From: Syntrophales bacterium | GTDB lineage: Bacteria; Desulfobacterota; Syntrophia; Syntrophales; PHBD01 | Assembly (NCBI GenBank): GCA_035363115.1 | Contig: DAOSEM010000002.1 | Coordinates: 269,088 to 333,087, forward strand | Direction: 5' to 3' | DNA: 64,000 nucleotides | Shown: in pieces, positions 16,634-24,447 of the stretch | Position numbering within the stretch: position 1 is the first letter of the stretch | Layout of the letters: each line of letters begins with the position of its first letter | Notes under the pieces: model-generated | What the model was told of the DNA's origin: nothing | The model's input: the letters and a program-made list of their open reading frames with translations, nothing else | Database searches by the model: none | Position numbers and translations under genes: made by a program

Positions 16634-17818
16634 ATGATCAAGAACGAGCCGATGAGGCCCTGTCCCGTATGCGGGAACGGGGTCGGCGCCGAGCGCCTCC
16701 ACACGCAGGAATTCATTCTGCCGGAGAACCACCCCCTGCCCGCGGCGTATGACGTCGTCGCCTGTGGCCGGTGCGGGTTCGTGTATGCGGACACGCCCGC
16801 CGGACAGGCTGCCTATGACCGGTACTATGCGGACATGTCGCGATACGACATGAATTATACCTGCCCCGAGAGCTCCCTCTACGCCGACCGGGCCGCGTGG
16901 ATCGATTCGTTCATCGGCAACCGGGCGGACAGCGTCATCGACATCGGCTGCGGAAATGGCCTGCTGCTTCTGGAACTGCGGAAACGCGGGCTGTCGGATC
17001 TGACGGGCCTGGATCCGTCCGAGGCATGCATCTCGGCGCTCCGGGAAAAGGGCATCCCGGGGATCGCCGGCAGCATCTTCTCCGTTTCCACGGACAGGAC
17101 GTTCGACTGCGCCGTGCTTTCCGGGGTGCTGGAGCACATCTGCGACGTCGGCGGCGTCATGGAGACGGCCAAGAGGCTTCTGAAGCACGGCGGCCGGCTG
17201 TTTGTCTGCGTTCCCGACGCCTCGCGGTACCGGTTTTTCGATGCTGTTCCCTTCGATTACTTCAACATAGAGCACATCAATCACTTCGAGGAGACGTCGC
17301 TGTTCAACCTCGGACTTCAGCACGGCTTTCATGTGAACGCATTTCTCAAGACGACCATCACGCTGGCCCGGACGACGCAGCCGATGATCTTCTGCGCATA
17401 TGAGAACACGGGGCAACCCGCCGGTGATATGCTTGCATATGCGCGAAATGCCGTCGTTCAGTATATCGTGCAGACGAAGAAAATGGCGGGTGTCAATCGG
17501 GTTCTTGACGAACTGGAGGAAACGGGAGAAGAAGTGATCGTCTGGGGGGCGGGGAATTACACGAGCCGTCTCCTGGCCGGATCGAGTCTGGGCCGATGCA
17601 ACATCGTCCTGATCGTGGACAACGATCCGCACAAGCAGGGCACACGGATTGGAGGAAGAACGGTCCATTCCCCCCGGGCAATCCGCGACGAGGGGAAGGA
17701 CTGTACCATTCTGATCGCTGCGGCGGTTTTCGGCGACGAGATCGCGGCGGAGATCCGGAATATGGGATTGCAGAACAAAATCATATTCTTGGGCAATTCA
17801 GGAGAACGTTCCGCATGA
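16634..17818 (+). CDS. NDP-hexose C-methyltransferase-like protein (TcaB9/TylC3 architecture: Zn-ribbon + class I SAM MTase + Methyltransf_14 C-terminal domain)
   Basis: Four-Cys ribbon CPVCGNG...(x31)...CGRCGF; SAM motif VIDIGCGNGLLLLEL; C-terminal VIVWGAGNYTSRLLAGSSLGRCNIVLIVDNDPHKQGTRIGGRTVHSP. This matches my recollection of the Pfam Methyltransf_13/_14 arrangement. Confidence 0.75.
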   Translation: MIKNEPMRPCPVCGNGVGAERLHTQEFILPENHPLPAAYDVVACGRCGFVYADTPAGQAAYDRYYADMSRYDMNYTCPESSLYADRAAWIDSFIGNRADSVIDIGCGNGLLLLELRKRGLSDLTGLDPSEACISALREKGIPGIAGSIFSVSTDRTFDCAVLSGVLEHICDVGGVMETAKRLLKHGGRLFVCVPDASRYRFFDAVPFDYFNIEHINHFEETSLFNLGLQHGFHVNAFLKTTITLARTTQPMIFCAYENTGQPAGDMLAYARNAVVQYIVQTKKMAGVNRVLDELEETGEEVIVWGAGNYTSRLLAGSSLGRCNIVLIVDNDPHKQGTRIGGRTVHSPRAIRDEGKDCTILIAAAVFGDEIAAEIRNMGLQNKIIFLGNSGERSA

Positions 17819-18762
17819 GCCTGGGCCGGAAGACCATCAGCGTTGTTGCGGGCTGTTTCAACGAGGAGGGAAACCTGCAGCCGTTTTATGACCGGCTGAT
17901 GAAGGTTTTCGAACAGCTGCCCGGGTATGATTACGAGATCATCGTGGCGGACAACTGCTCGACCGACGGCAGCCAGGAGATCCTGCGCCGCCTGGCCTCC
18001 ACCGACAGGAAGTTCAAGGTGATTCTGAACGCGAACAACTTCGGGCAGATCCGTTCCCCGTTCCACGCCCTTCTCCAGGCGAAGGGAGATGCCGTCGTCG
18101 CCATCACCTCGGACCTGCAGAATCCTCCGGAGCTGATTCCGGAATTCGTGAAGAAGTGGGAGGAGGGGCATGAAGTCGTCATCGCGGTGAAGCGGAAAAC
18201 GGCCGAGAACGCCGTCGTCTCGGTGGTCCGGAATTTCTATTATTACCTCCTGTCCCGCTTTTCCGAATCCGACCACATCATCCGCGGCTTCACGGGCTTC
18301 GGCCTCTACGACCGCAAGTTCATGGACGCCCTCGCGCTGTACAAGAATTCATATCCCTATTTTCGCGGACTGGTCGGGGAGATCGGTTTCCGCCGTGCCA
18401 CGGTGCCGTTTGACCAACCGCCGCGCCGGCATGGGCGGTCCAAGAATAATTTCTTCACCCTCTACGATGTTGCAATGACCGGCTTCGTCAACCATTCCCG
18501 GCTTCCCCTGCGCCTCGCAGCCATGACCGGGTTTGGCGTGGCCATCCTGAGCCTCCTGGTCGCCTTCGGCTATTTCGTCTACAAACTCGTTTTCTGGGAC
18601 AGCTTTTCCGTCGGGATCGCGCCCCTGGTCATCGGCCTGTTCTTCTTCGCCTCCGTCCAGCTCTTCTTCATCGGCATCGTGGGCGAGTACATCGGCGCCA
18701 TCCACACCCAGGTGCTTAAGCGCCCGCTGGTCATCGAGAAGGAGCGCATCAACTTTGACTGA
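17815..18762 (+). CDS. GT2 polyprenyl-phosphate glycosyltransferase (GtrB/ArnC/DPM1-like)
   Basis: The start ATG overlaps the upstream stop (ATGA). ISVVAGCFNEEGNL...IIVADNCSTDGS...VVAITSDLQNPPE (DxD-type), followed by two C-terminal TM helices (AAMTGFGVAILSLLVAFGYFVY, LVIGLFFFASVQLFFIGIVGEY). Confidence 0.85.
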   Translation: MSLGRKTISVVAGCFNEEGNLQPFYDRLMKVFEQLPGYDYEIIVADNCSTDGSQEILRRLASTDRKFKVILNANNFGQIRSPFHALLQAKGDAVVAITSDLQNPPELIPEFVKKWEEGHEVVIAVKRKTAENAVVSVVRNFYYYLLSRFSESDHIIRGFTGFGLYDRKFMDALALYKNSYPYFRGLVGEIGFRRATVPFDQPPRRHGRSKNNFFTLYDVAMTGFVNHSRLPLRLAAMTGFGVAILSLLVAFGYFVYKLVFWDSFSVGIAPLVIGLFFFASVQLFFIGIVGEYIGAIHTQVLKRPLVIEKERINFD

Positions 18763-18810
18763 CCGGAAGAGAGCCGTTCCTCCCGAAAGGATGTCCCGCC
18801 GCGGGATCGC

Positions 18811-19287
18811 ATGCCGCACCGTCTTTTCCCGACGGACCCCCGGTTTGCCATGATCCACGAACGCTTCGCACGCCACGGAGTGAAGATCCGGTTTGTCCTC
18901 GTCGGCGTCTGGAACACCTTCTTCGGCTACGGTGTGTACGTCGCCCTGGACTGGCTCTTCGAACGGCTCTTTGCGAGCCGTGCCGCCGCCTACATGTCGG
19001 CCGCGGTCCTGTCGAACATCCTGGCCATCCTGAACGCCTATATCTTCCATAAATTCATAACGTTCCGTTCGGAAGCCCGCGGATGGGCCATGGTGCCGGA
19101 GTTATTCCGGTTTTTCTCGACCTACCTGGTGAGCATTGTCGTGGGGCTTGTGTCGCTTCCCGTCTTCGTGGAGGTGTTCAGGATCGACCCCAAAATCGCG
19201 GGCGCCCTGGTCATGCCGGTGACGGTACTGGTGAGCTGGCTCGGCCACTCCCGGTTTTCTTTCCGGAACGAAAAAACAAAGACATAG
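18811..19287 (+). CDS. GtrA-family membrane protein (polyprenyl-P-sugar translocation)
   Basis: VKIRFVLVGVWNTFFGYGVYVALDWLF, a four-TM profile and a size of 145-158 aa are all typical of GtrA. The start may be 18850. Confidence 0.8.
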   Translation: MPHRLFPTDPRFAMIHERFARHGVKIRFVLVGVWNTFFGYGVYVALDWLFERLFASRAAAYMSAAVLSNILAILNAYIFHKFITFRSEARGWAMVPELFRFFSTYLVSIVVGLVSLPVFVEVFRIDPKIAGALVMPVTVLVSWLGHSRFSFRNEKTKT

Positions 19288-19324
19288 GACGATTACTCCG
19301 TCGGACCGGGATCGACCGGGATGC

Positions 19325-20296
19325 ATGAAGATGGAGGATTGCCACAATCACGGCCAAATCGGGCACACCATGAACAACGCCATGCGGTCCATGATTCAAT
19401 GCCTTGCCGGGCTTTCTTTCCTTCTTTTCCTGGTCCTGGTGCCGGAAATGCTGCATGCCGGCGTGCCCTCCATGAAACTGGATATGAGGGCGGCACCGTC
19501 CCCGGGAAGGCTGGTTGCCGTTTCCACCGCGACGAACAACGGCGGGGAAACCGCATACAATGTCTCCATCATGTCATCCCTCGCCGGCGATACCCGTCGC
19601 TCGGATCCCCTCGGGGACGTCCACGCAGGCAAGCGCCGCAGCCAGCGGGTGGAGTTCAGCCTGGAGGGCCTCAAGCCGGGACGATACATCCTTGCCGCCC
19701 GGCTGGATTACCATGAGCAGAACGGTATGCCCCACCGGATCCATTCCTTCCGTGCCTTTCGAGTGAGCGGGAGCGAGCCGGAAATGCAAAACGCACAGGA
19801 AACCCGGGAGACGGCGGTAGCCTCCGGGATACCGGCCATGGCGGAAATGCCGGGACTGTCCGTAGCGCTGGAAATACCGGCGGCGCGGTGGACACTCTTC
19901 GGCAATGCCGGCACGAAAATCGTGCTGATCGTGAAAAACAGGATGGATACACCCATCCGGCCCGTGTTTTCCATCCATCTTCCCGGCGGCGTAACGGCAG
20001 ACCGGACGGAGCTGCAACTGGAGATGGGACCGGGCGAAGAACGCCGCGAGGAGGTGAGGCTCGACGCCAAACGATCCGTCCGGGGCGGGCATCCGGTATC
20101 CGTGCTGGTGAGTTGCGAGACGGAAGAGGAATACGACAGTCGCCTGCTCAGGACAACGCTCTCCGTTGAGGAGAACTCCATGTCTCTCCCGGCCATGGCA
20201 ATGGTCGCGATTATCCTGACGATCGCCCTTGCGGCTTTCGTGCTGATCGCCTTTCGACGCTCGTCCACAGGGCATACGGGAGAACCGGGCACCTGA
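19325..20296 (+). CDS. Hypothetical exported protein with a C-terminal membrane anchor and two beta-sandwich-like (CARDB/DUF11-like) halves
   Basis: Signal-like segment MRSMIQCLAGLSFLLFLVLVPEMLHA. Two similar segments (LVAVSTATNNGGETAYNVSI... and IVLIVKNRMDTPIRPVFSIHL...). C-terminal TM LPAMAMVAIILTIALAAFVLIAF followed by RR. The start is uncertain (19325, 19370 or 19382). No family was recognised with confidence. Confidence 0.55.
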   Translation: MKMEDCHNHGQIGHTMNNAMRSMIQCLAGLSFLLFLVLVPEMLHAGVPSMKLDMRAAPSPGRLVAVSTATNNGGETAYNVSIMSSLAGDTRRSDPLGDVHAGKRRSQRVEFSLEGLKPGRYILAARLDYHEQNGMPHRIHSFRAFRVSGSEPEMQNAQETRETAVASGIPAMAEMPGLSVALEIPAARWTLFGNAGTKIVLIVKNRMDTPIRPVFSIHLPGGVTADRTELQLEMGPGEERREEVRLDAKRSVRGGHPVSVLVSCETEEEYDSRLLRTTLSVEENSMSLPAMAMVAIILTIALAAFVLIAFRRSSTGHTGEPGT

Positions 20297-20819
20297 TCCT
20301 CTCCCATGCGGTACACCGCTCGGGGATGAAATTCCGCGTCCGATCCGTTTCCCGCCTCGCCCAGCGGCACATTCACCGGCTTCCGGCGATGCACGTCTCT
20401 CCCGGTCCGGCCCCCCGGACTCTTATACTTCTGTAAATACTTCCCTGCCGCCCGTCCCTGTGTTGCCCTGCAGTTCTCTCGTTTCATCAGTGGTTTGTCC
20501 CACCCAGGAATGTTGCACAAAATCACGCAATATCCTCGTAAGGGGTACTTCTGTCATCTTGCTTAAGAACTTAATTTCCATAGGCAAAGTTCAGTTGATC
20601 AACAGGTATTGAATTCTTCGGAATTCCTGTTAAGGGTTCAAGCCGAACATGATTCTCAGGATTGCTTGAATATCCAAGGAATCTCCTTTCCCCTGTTCAC
20701 CGCCGCTCATCATCAGAGACCTCGTCACATGTCCCGGATTTGGAACGTCACGATCCTTCGAACGCGTCATTCCCTGTCCCGGCCCGGAGAATGTCTCCGC
20801 ATTTCCAGATCGGTCCTGC

Positions 20820-22145
20820 ATGAAGATTGACATTCGCAAAAGACAGATGCTCCTGCTGGCGGGTAATGCGCTGATCGTCACGATCTCTTTCCATCTGACG
20901 CCGCTTGTCCTGTCCGGCATGATCCCGTCACCGGGTGCAATATTCCGCTCCCCGGATCTGTTCGCCATCCTGTCTTATCTCTTGGTATTCTACCTGTTTG
21001 ACCTTTTCGACCTCGATCTCCGCTTCAGCAAGGCGCGGTTCCTGGTGCGCCTTGTCCTGGCGCAGGTAACGGTGGCGATCCTCATCGCGGCGGGATCTTT
21101 TGTGTTTCAGGAGCGGCCTTATGGAATGAGGGTGCTGGCTGTACAGGGAATGCTCGTATTCGTTCTTGCCCTTGTATGGTCGATGTTTTTCGAGCGTTTG
21201 ATGACCAATACGACCAAGGCCCTCCGGGTGGCGGTTCTGGGCTGCGAAGACACGGCGGAGAGCCTGCGGCAGGCGCTGGGACGGAGGCCGGACTATGCGG
21301 TGGCCCTGACCCTGAAGAAGGGTTGGGAGGACCGGGTCGGGAGCCTCATCAATGAAAAAGCCTTCGACGAGATTGTTGTGAATACGAAAAGGGGGATCAG
21401 TCCCGAGTCCTACCGGGCCCTCATCGAAGCGAAGATGCGGGGGGTGGCCGTGTCGGACGTTCCCGGATTTTACGAGCGCGTGCTGGAGAGGCTCCCCGTC
21501 AGCGGGATGAGCGACGTCTGGCTGGCCCATGTTCCCCTGTCGGGAGTCCGGAAGACGGTTTACAACCGGAGGCTGAAGAGAATTCTGGGCGTACTGATTT
21601 CCCTGGTTGCGCTGGCAATCCTGTTGCCGGTGATGCTGCTCATTGCCGTGGTCATCCGGATGGAGTCTCCCGGACCTGTTTTGTACCGCCAGCGCAGGAT
21701 CGGTTTGAACCGGGTACCCTTCGATCTGGTCAAGTTCCGATCCATGAAGATGGGGACGGAATTCATGCGGGAGAACGCGGGACGGCAGGATGATCCGAGG
21801 ATTACCCGGGTGGGGGGCGTCATCCGGAAATACCGGCTGGATGAACTGCCCCAGCTCTGGAACGTGCTGCGGGGAGACATGTGCCTGGTGGGACCCCGGG
21901 CGCTGATGGAGGAGGAGGTCGAGGCATTCGAGCGGAGGATTTCCTATTTCACATTGCGTCACTTCATCCGGCCGGGAATCACCGGGTGGGCCCAGATCAA
22001 TTATCCCCACGGGACGACGGTTGAAGACGCCCGGGCAAAGCTCGAGTACGACCTGTACTACATGAAGAACGCCTCGATGTCGATGGACCTGCACATCCTG
22101 CTCCGGACGATGCGAACCGTGCTGCTGGCGAAGGGGGGGAAGTAA
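20820..22145 (+). CDS. Polyprenyl-phosphate hexose-1-phosphate transferase (WbaP/EpsB-type bacterial sugar transferase), the initiating enzyme
   Basis: N-terminal TM helices, a central linker, and a C-terminal PF02397-type core: PGPVLYRQRRIGLNRVPFDLVKFRSM...DPRITRVGGVIRKYRLDELPQLWNVLRGDMCLVGPRA. Confidence 0.88.
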   Translation: MKIDIRKRQMLLLAGNALIVTISFHLTPLVLSGMIPSPGAIFRSPDLFAILSYLLVFYLFDLFDLDLRFSKARFLVRLVLAQVTVAILIAAGSFVFQERPYGMRVLAVQGMLVFVLALVWSMFFERLMTNTTKALRVAVLGCEDTAESLRQALGRRPDYAVALTLKKGWEDRVGSLINEKAFDEIVVNTKRGISPESYRALIEAKMRGVAVSDVPGFYERVLERLPVSGMSDVWLAHVPLSGVRKTVYNRRLKRILGVLISLVALAILLPVMLLIAVVIRMESPGPVLYRQRRIGLNRVPFDLVKFRSMKMGTEFMRENAGRQDDPRITRVGGVIRKYRLDELPQLWNVLRGDMCLVGPRALMEEEVEAFERRISYFTLRHFIRPGITGWAQINYPHGTTVEDARAKLEYDLYYMKNASMSMDLHILLRTMRTVLLAKGGK

Positions 22146-22305
22146 TGGCGGGAGGGATTGTCCGGCCGGGGGGCGGCACGGCGGCAGAGGTACCACTCCT
22201 GGAAAGGTCTGTCGCCGAAATCGGCGGACAGCCGCCCTGTACAAATGGGAGTCGCATTTTCCTGGATCGGTCCGTCAAGGCACGCGGGAAGGCGGTCGGG
22301 AAACG

Positions 22306-24411
22306 GTGAGGATCGATGGGGTACCACTCCAGACCGCGGCGATGTTTCTTCTCCTGGTTCTGCTTTGGCTTGTCCCTTCCAGGCTGCTTGGTGCGGACGC
22401 TCCCTTCACGGGGGCTGCGAACTGGGGCGGCACGGGATTGATGGCGATTCCGACGGCCCGGCTTATGAAAGAAGGAGCTTTCCGGGTCGGTGCCTCCCAG
22501 GTCCATCCATACCGATATTACTACGGCACGATAAGCCCTTTCAGGGGTCTTGAAATCGACGGGCGGATTACGGAGGTAATCGGGGTCCGGGGATTTGCCG
22601 ACAGTCCGGAATACGGAAACTACAAGGACAAGGCCCTGGACGTCAAATACCGGCTTCTGCCGGAGACGAAGTACCTTCCGGCCCTTGCCGTCGGTCTGAT
22701 GGATCCCCATGGGACCAGGCTCTTCAGTTCCCAGTATGTCGTTGCCAGCAAGCAAATTTATCCATTCGATTTCACATTCGGTTTCGCCAACGGGCGGTAT
22801 GGAGGACAGGAACTGGCCGATGTCGGGTCCGGCGATTCCGTCAAGGCCGAAATCTTCACCGATCCCGTAGGGTGGTGGAGCGATGCCAACTGCTTCTGGG
22901 GTGTCGAGTTTTCCCCCGTTGACTGGCTTTCTTTCATGGTTGAGTACGATCCGACGCCCTATCACAATCACCGGCGCGATCCCGCGAATTCCATCTATTT
23001 CCGTGAGCCCGTGCCTTCAAAATTCAACTATGGCTTGCGGATCCGGCCCCGGGACTGGCTGGAGACGGTTGTTAGCTTCCAGCGGGGAGACACGGTCGGG
23101 GTGAACCTGAATGTTACATTTGACCTCGGGCGTCCCCTGCTTCCCATTGCCGATCCTCCCTTGCAGGAAAGCATGGAGATGCGGTCGAGTCCGTTCGTGG
23201 AACGGCTAATGGAAGCCCTTTCCCGGTCCGGTTTCACAGACATCGGGGTTCTGGTGGCCGGGGGAGATCTGTGGGTGCAGGCGGCCAACGGAAGGTACTT
23301 CCATGACATGAAGGCCCTGGGGGTGGTTCTGCGGGTTGTGGATCGAACGGCACCACCGGAAATTCAGGGGGTGCACATCCTTCTGACACAGCAGGGCATT
23401 CCGATGAGGTCCTTCTCGACAACCCGCGAGGATATCCGGCTGTATGTCACGAGACAGTTGAACCTCGATGAGTTCATGCAGGTCTCCGAGCTGCGGGCGG
23501 ATGTTGGGGAACCGCTGAAGACAAAGAAGAGGCACAGGAAAATCTTCGATTACGGGCTGAAACCCGATTTTAGAACGTACCTGAATGATCCCTCGGGTTT
23601 CTTCCAGTACCGCTTCGGCCTGAGCGGGTGGGGAAGCCTCTCGCTCTGGCCGGGGGGCTCCGTGCTGGTCGCGGCGGAAACCTTTCCCCTCAACAACATC
23701 TCTTCTCCCGTCACGCCCTCGTCCAATGCCGTCCGGACGGACCTGGTGGACTACATTGGAGAAAAAGTCAGCCTCAGCGGCCTGCTGGTCAATCAGATCT
23801 GGAAGGGCGGGAACGAGACCTACGGCCAACTCTCCGTCGGGCTCCTGGAGATCCAGTATGCCGGGATCGATGCAGAGATCGCCATGCCCCTCTTCGGAGG
23901 GCGGATGCTCGTCGGGGCGGGCGGGAGTGCGGTCAGAAAACGGGATCCGAAGAATCCCTTCCGGTTCAAGGAAAACGATTACAAGGATTGTTACACGACG
24001 GGTTTTTTCAATGCCCGTCTGAACCTGCCGGAGATGGATGCATGGATCGACGTAAAGGCCGGACGGTTCCTTGCGGGGGACAACGGCATGCGGTTGACCG
24101 TTTCGAAGAGTTTCCACGGCGTGGTCCTTTCCGCCTGGTACAGCGTTTCCGACACGTCCGTCTTCACGGACGATTACAACCGGGGCTACCACGACAAGGG
24201 AATTGCCGTTTCAATTCCGTTGCGTCTGTTCCTTGGACGGGATTCGAGGTCCTCCTACAGCTTCGCGCTTTCTCCCTGGACAAGGGATGTGGCGCAGGAC
24301 ATCGCGCATCCGGTGAGCCTCTTCGATTTTATCGGCCGCAGTGTGAACGCGTTCATGAACACAGATCGGCACATGATTCATGGGTGGACGGGACCGGTGG
24401 CTGCGCCATGA
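22306..24411 (+). CDS. YjbH/GfcD-family outer-membrane polysaccharide-export barrel protein
   Basis: 701 aa (E. coli YjbH/GfcD are a similar size as I recall). N-terminal GGTGLMAIPTARLMKEGAFRVGAS...PFRGLEIDGRITEV and DVKYRLLPETKYLPALAVGLMDPHGTRLFSSQYVVASKQ match the YjbH signature blocks as I remember them. GTG start; a signal peptide is plausible. Confidence 0.75.
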   Translation: MRIDGVPLQTAAMFLLLVLLWLVPSRLLGADAPFTGAANWGGTGLMAIPTARLMKEGAFRVGASQVHPYRYYYGTISPFRGLEIDGRITEVIGVRGFADSPEYGNYKDKALDVKYRLLPETKYLPALAVGLMDPHGTRLFSSQYVVASKQIYPFDFTFGFANGRYGGQELADVGSGDSVKAEIFTDPVGWWSDANCFWGVEFSPVDWLSFMVEYDPTPYHNHRRDPANSIYFREPVPSKFNYGLRIRPRDWLETVVSFQRGDTVGVNLNVTFDLGRPLLPIADPPLQESMEMRSSPFVERLMEALSRSGFTDIGVLVAGGDLWVQAANGRYFHDMKALGVVLRVVDRTAPPEIQGVHILLTQQGIPMRSFSTTREDIRLYVTRQLNLDEFMQVSELRADVGEPLKTKKRHRKIFDYGLKPDFRTYLNDPSGFFQYRFGLSGWGSLSLWPGGSVLVAAETFPLNNISSPVTPSSNAVRTDLVDYIGEKVSLSGLLVNQIWKGGNETYGQLSVGLLEIQYAGIDAEIAMPLFGGRMLVGAGGSAVRKRDPKNPFRFKENDYKDCYTTGFFNARLNLPEMDAWIDVKAGRFLAGDNGMRLTVSKSFHGVVLSAWYSVSDTSVFTDDYNRGYHDKGIAVSIPLRLFLGRDSRSSYSFALSPWTRDVAQDIAHPVSLFDFIGRSVNAFMNTDRHMIHGWTGPVAAP

Positions 24412-24447
24412 AGGATCCCGGTGTTGGAAGGTGAAGGAGCAATGCAG

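Noticed and set aside
15428-17668. 746-aa minus-strand ORF opposite the FkbM and C-methyltransferase genes
   Set aside because: Shadow frame with no recognisable motifs. The plus-strand genes have clear SAM-MTase signatures and coupled starts.
19708-20526. 272-aa minus-strand ORF whose first roughly 75 codons lie in the 20297-20526 spacer (possible transposase/integrase remnant next to the glycan locus)
   Set aside because: Most of it is antisense to the 19325-20296 gene. I translated the spacer part in all frames and recognised no transposase, integrase or toxin motif, so no mobile-element call is supportable.
20297-20819. JUMPstart/ops (GGCGGTAG) antitermination element in the leader of the export block, and a repeat of the tRNA-Pro 3' end as an att site
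   Set aside because: Neither sequence was found on reading the spacer. Only a 7-nt chance match (CTCGCCC) to the tRNA end is present.
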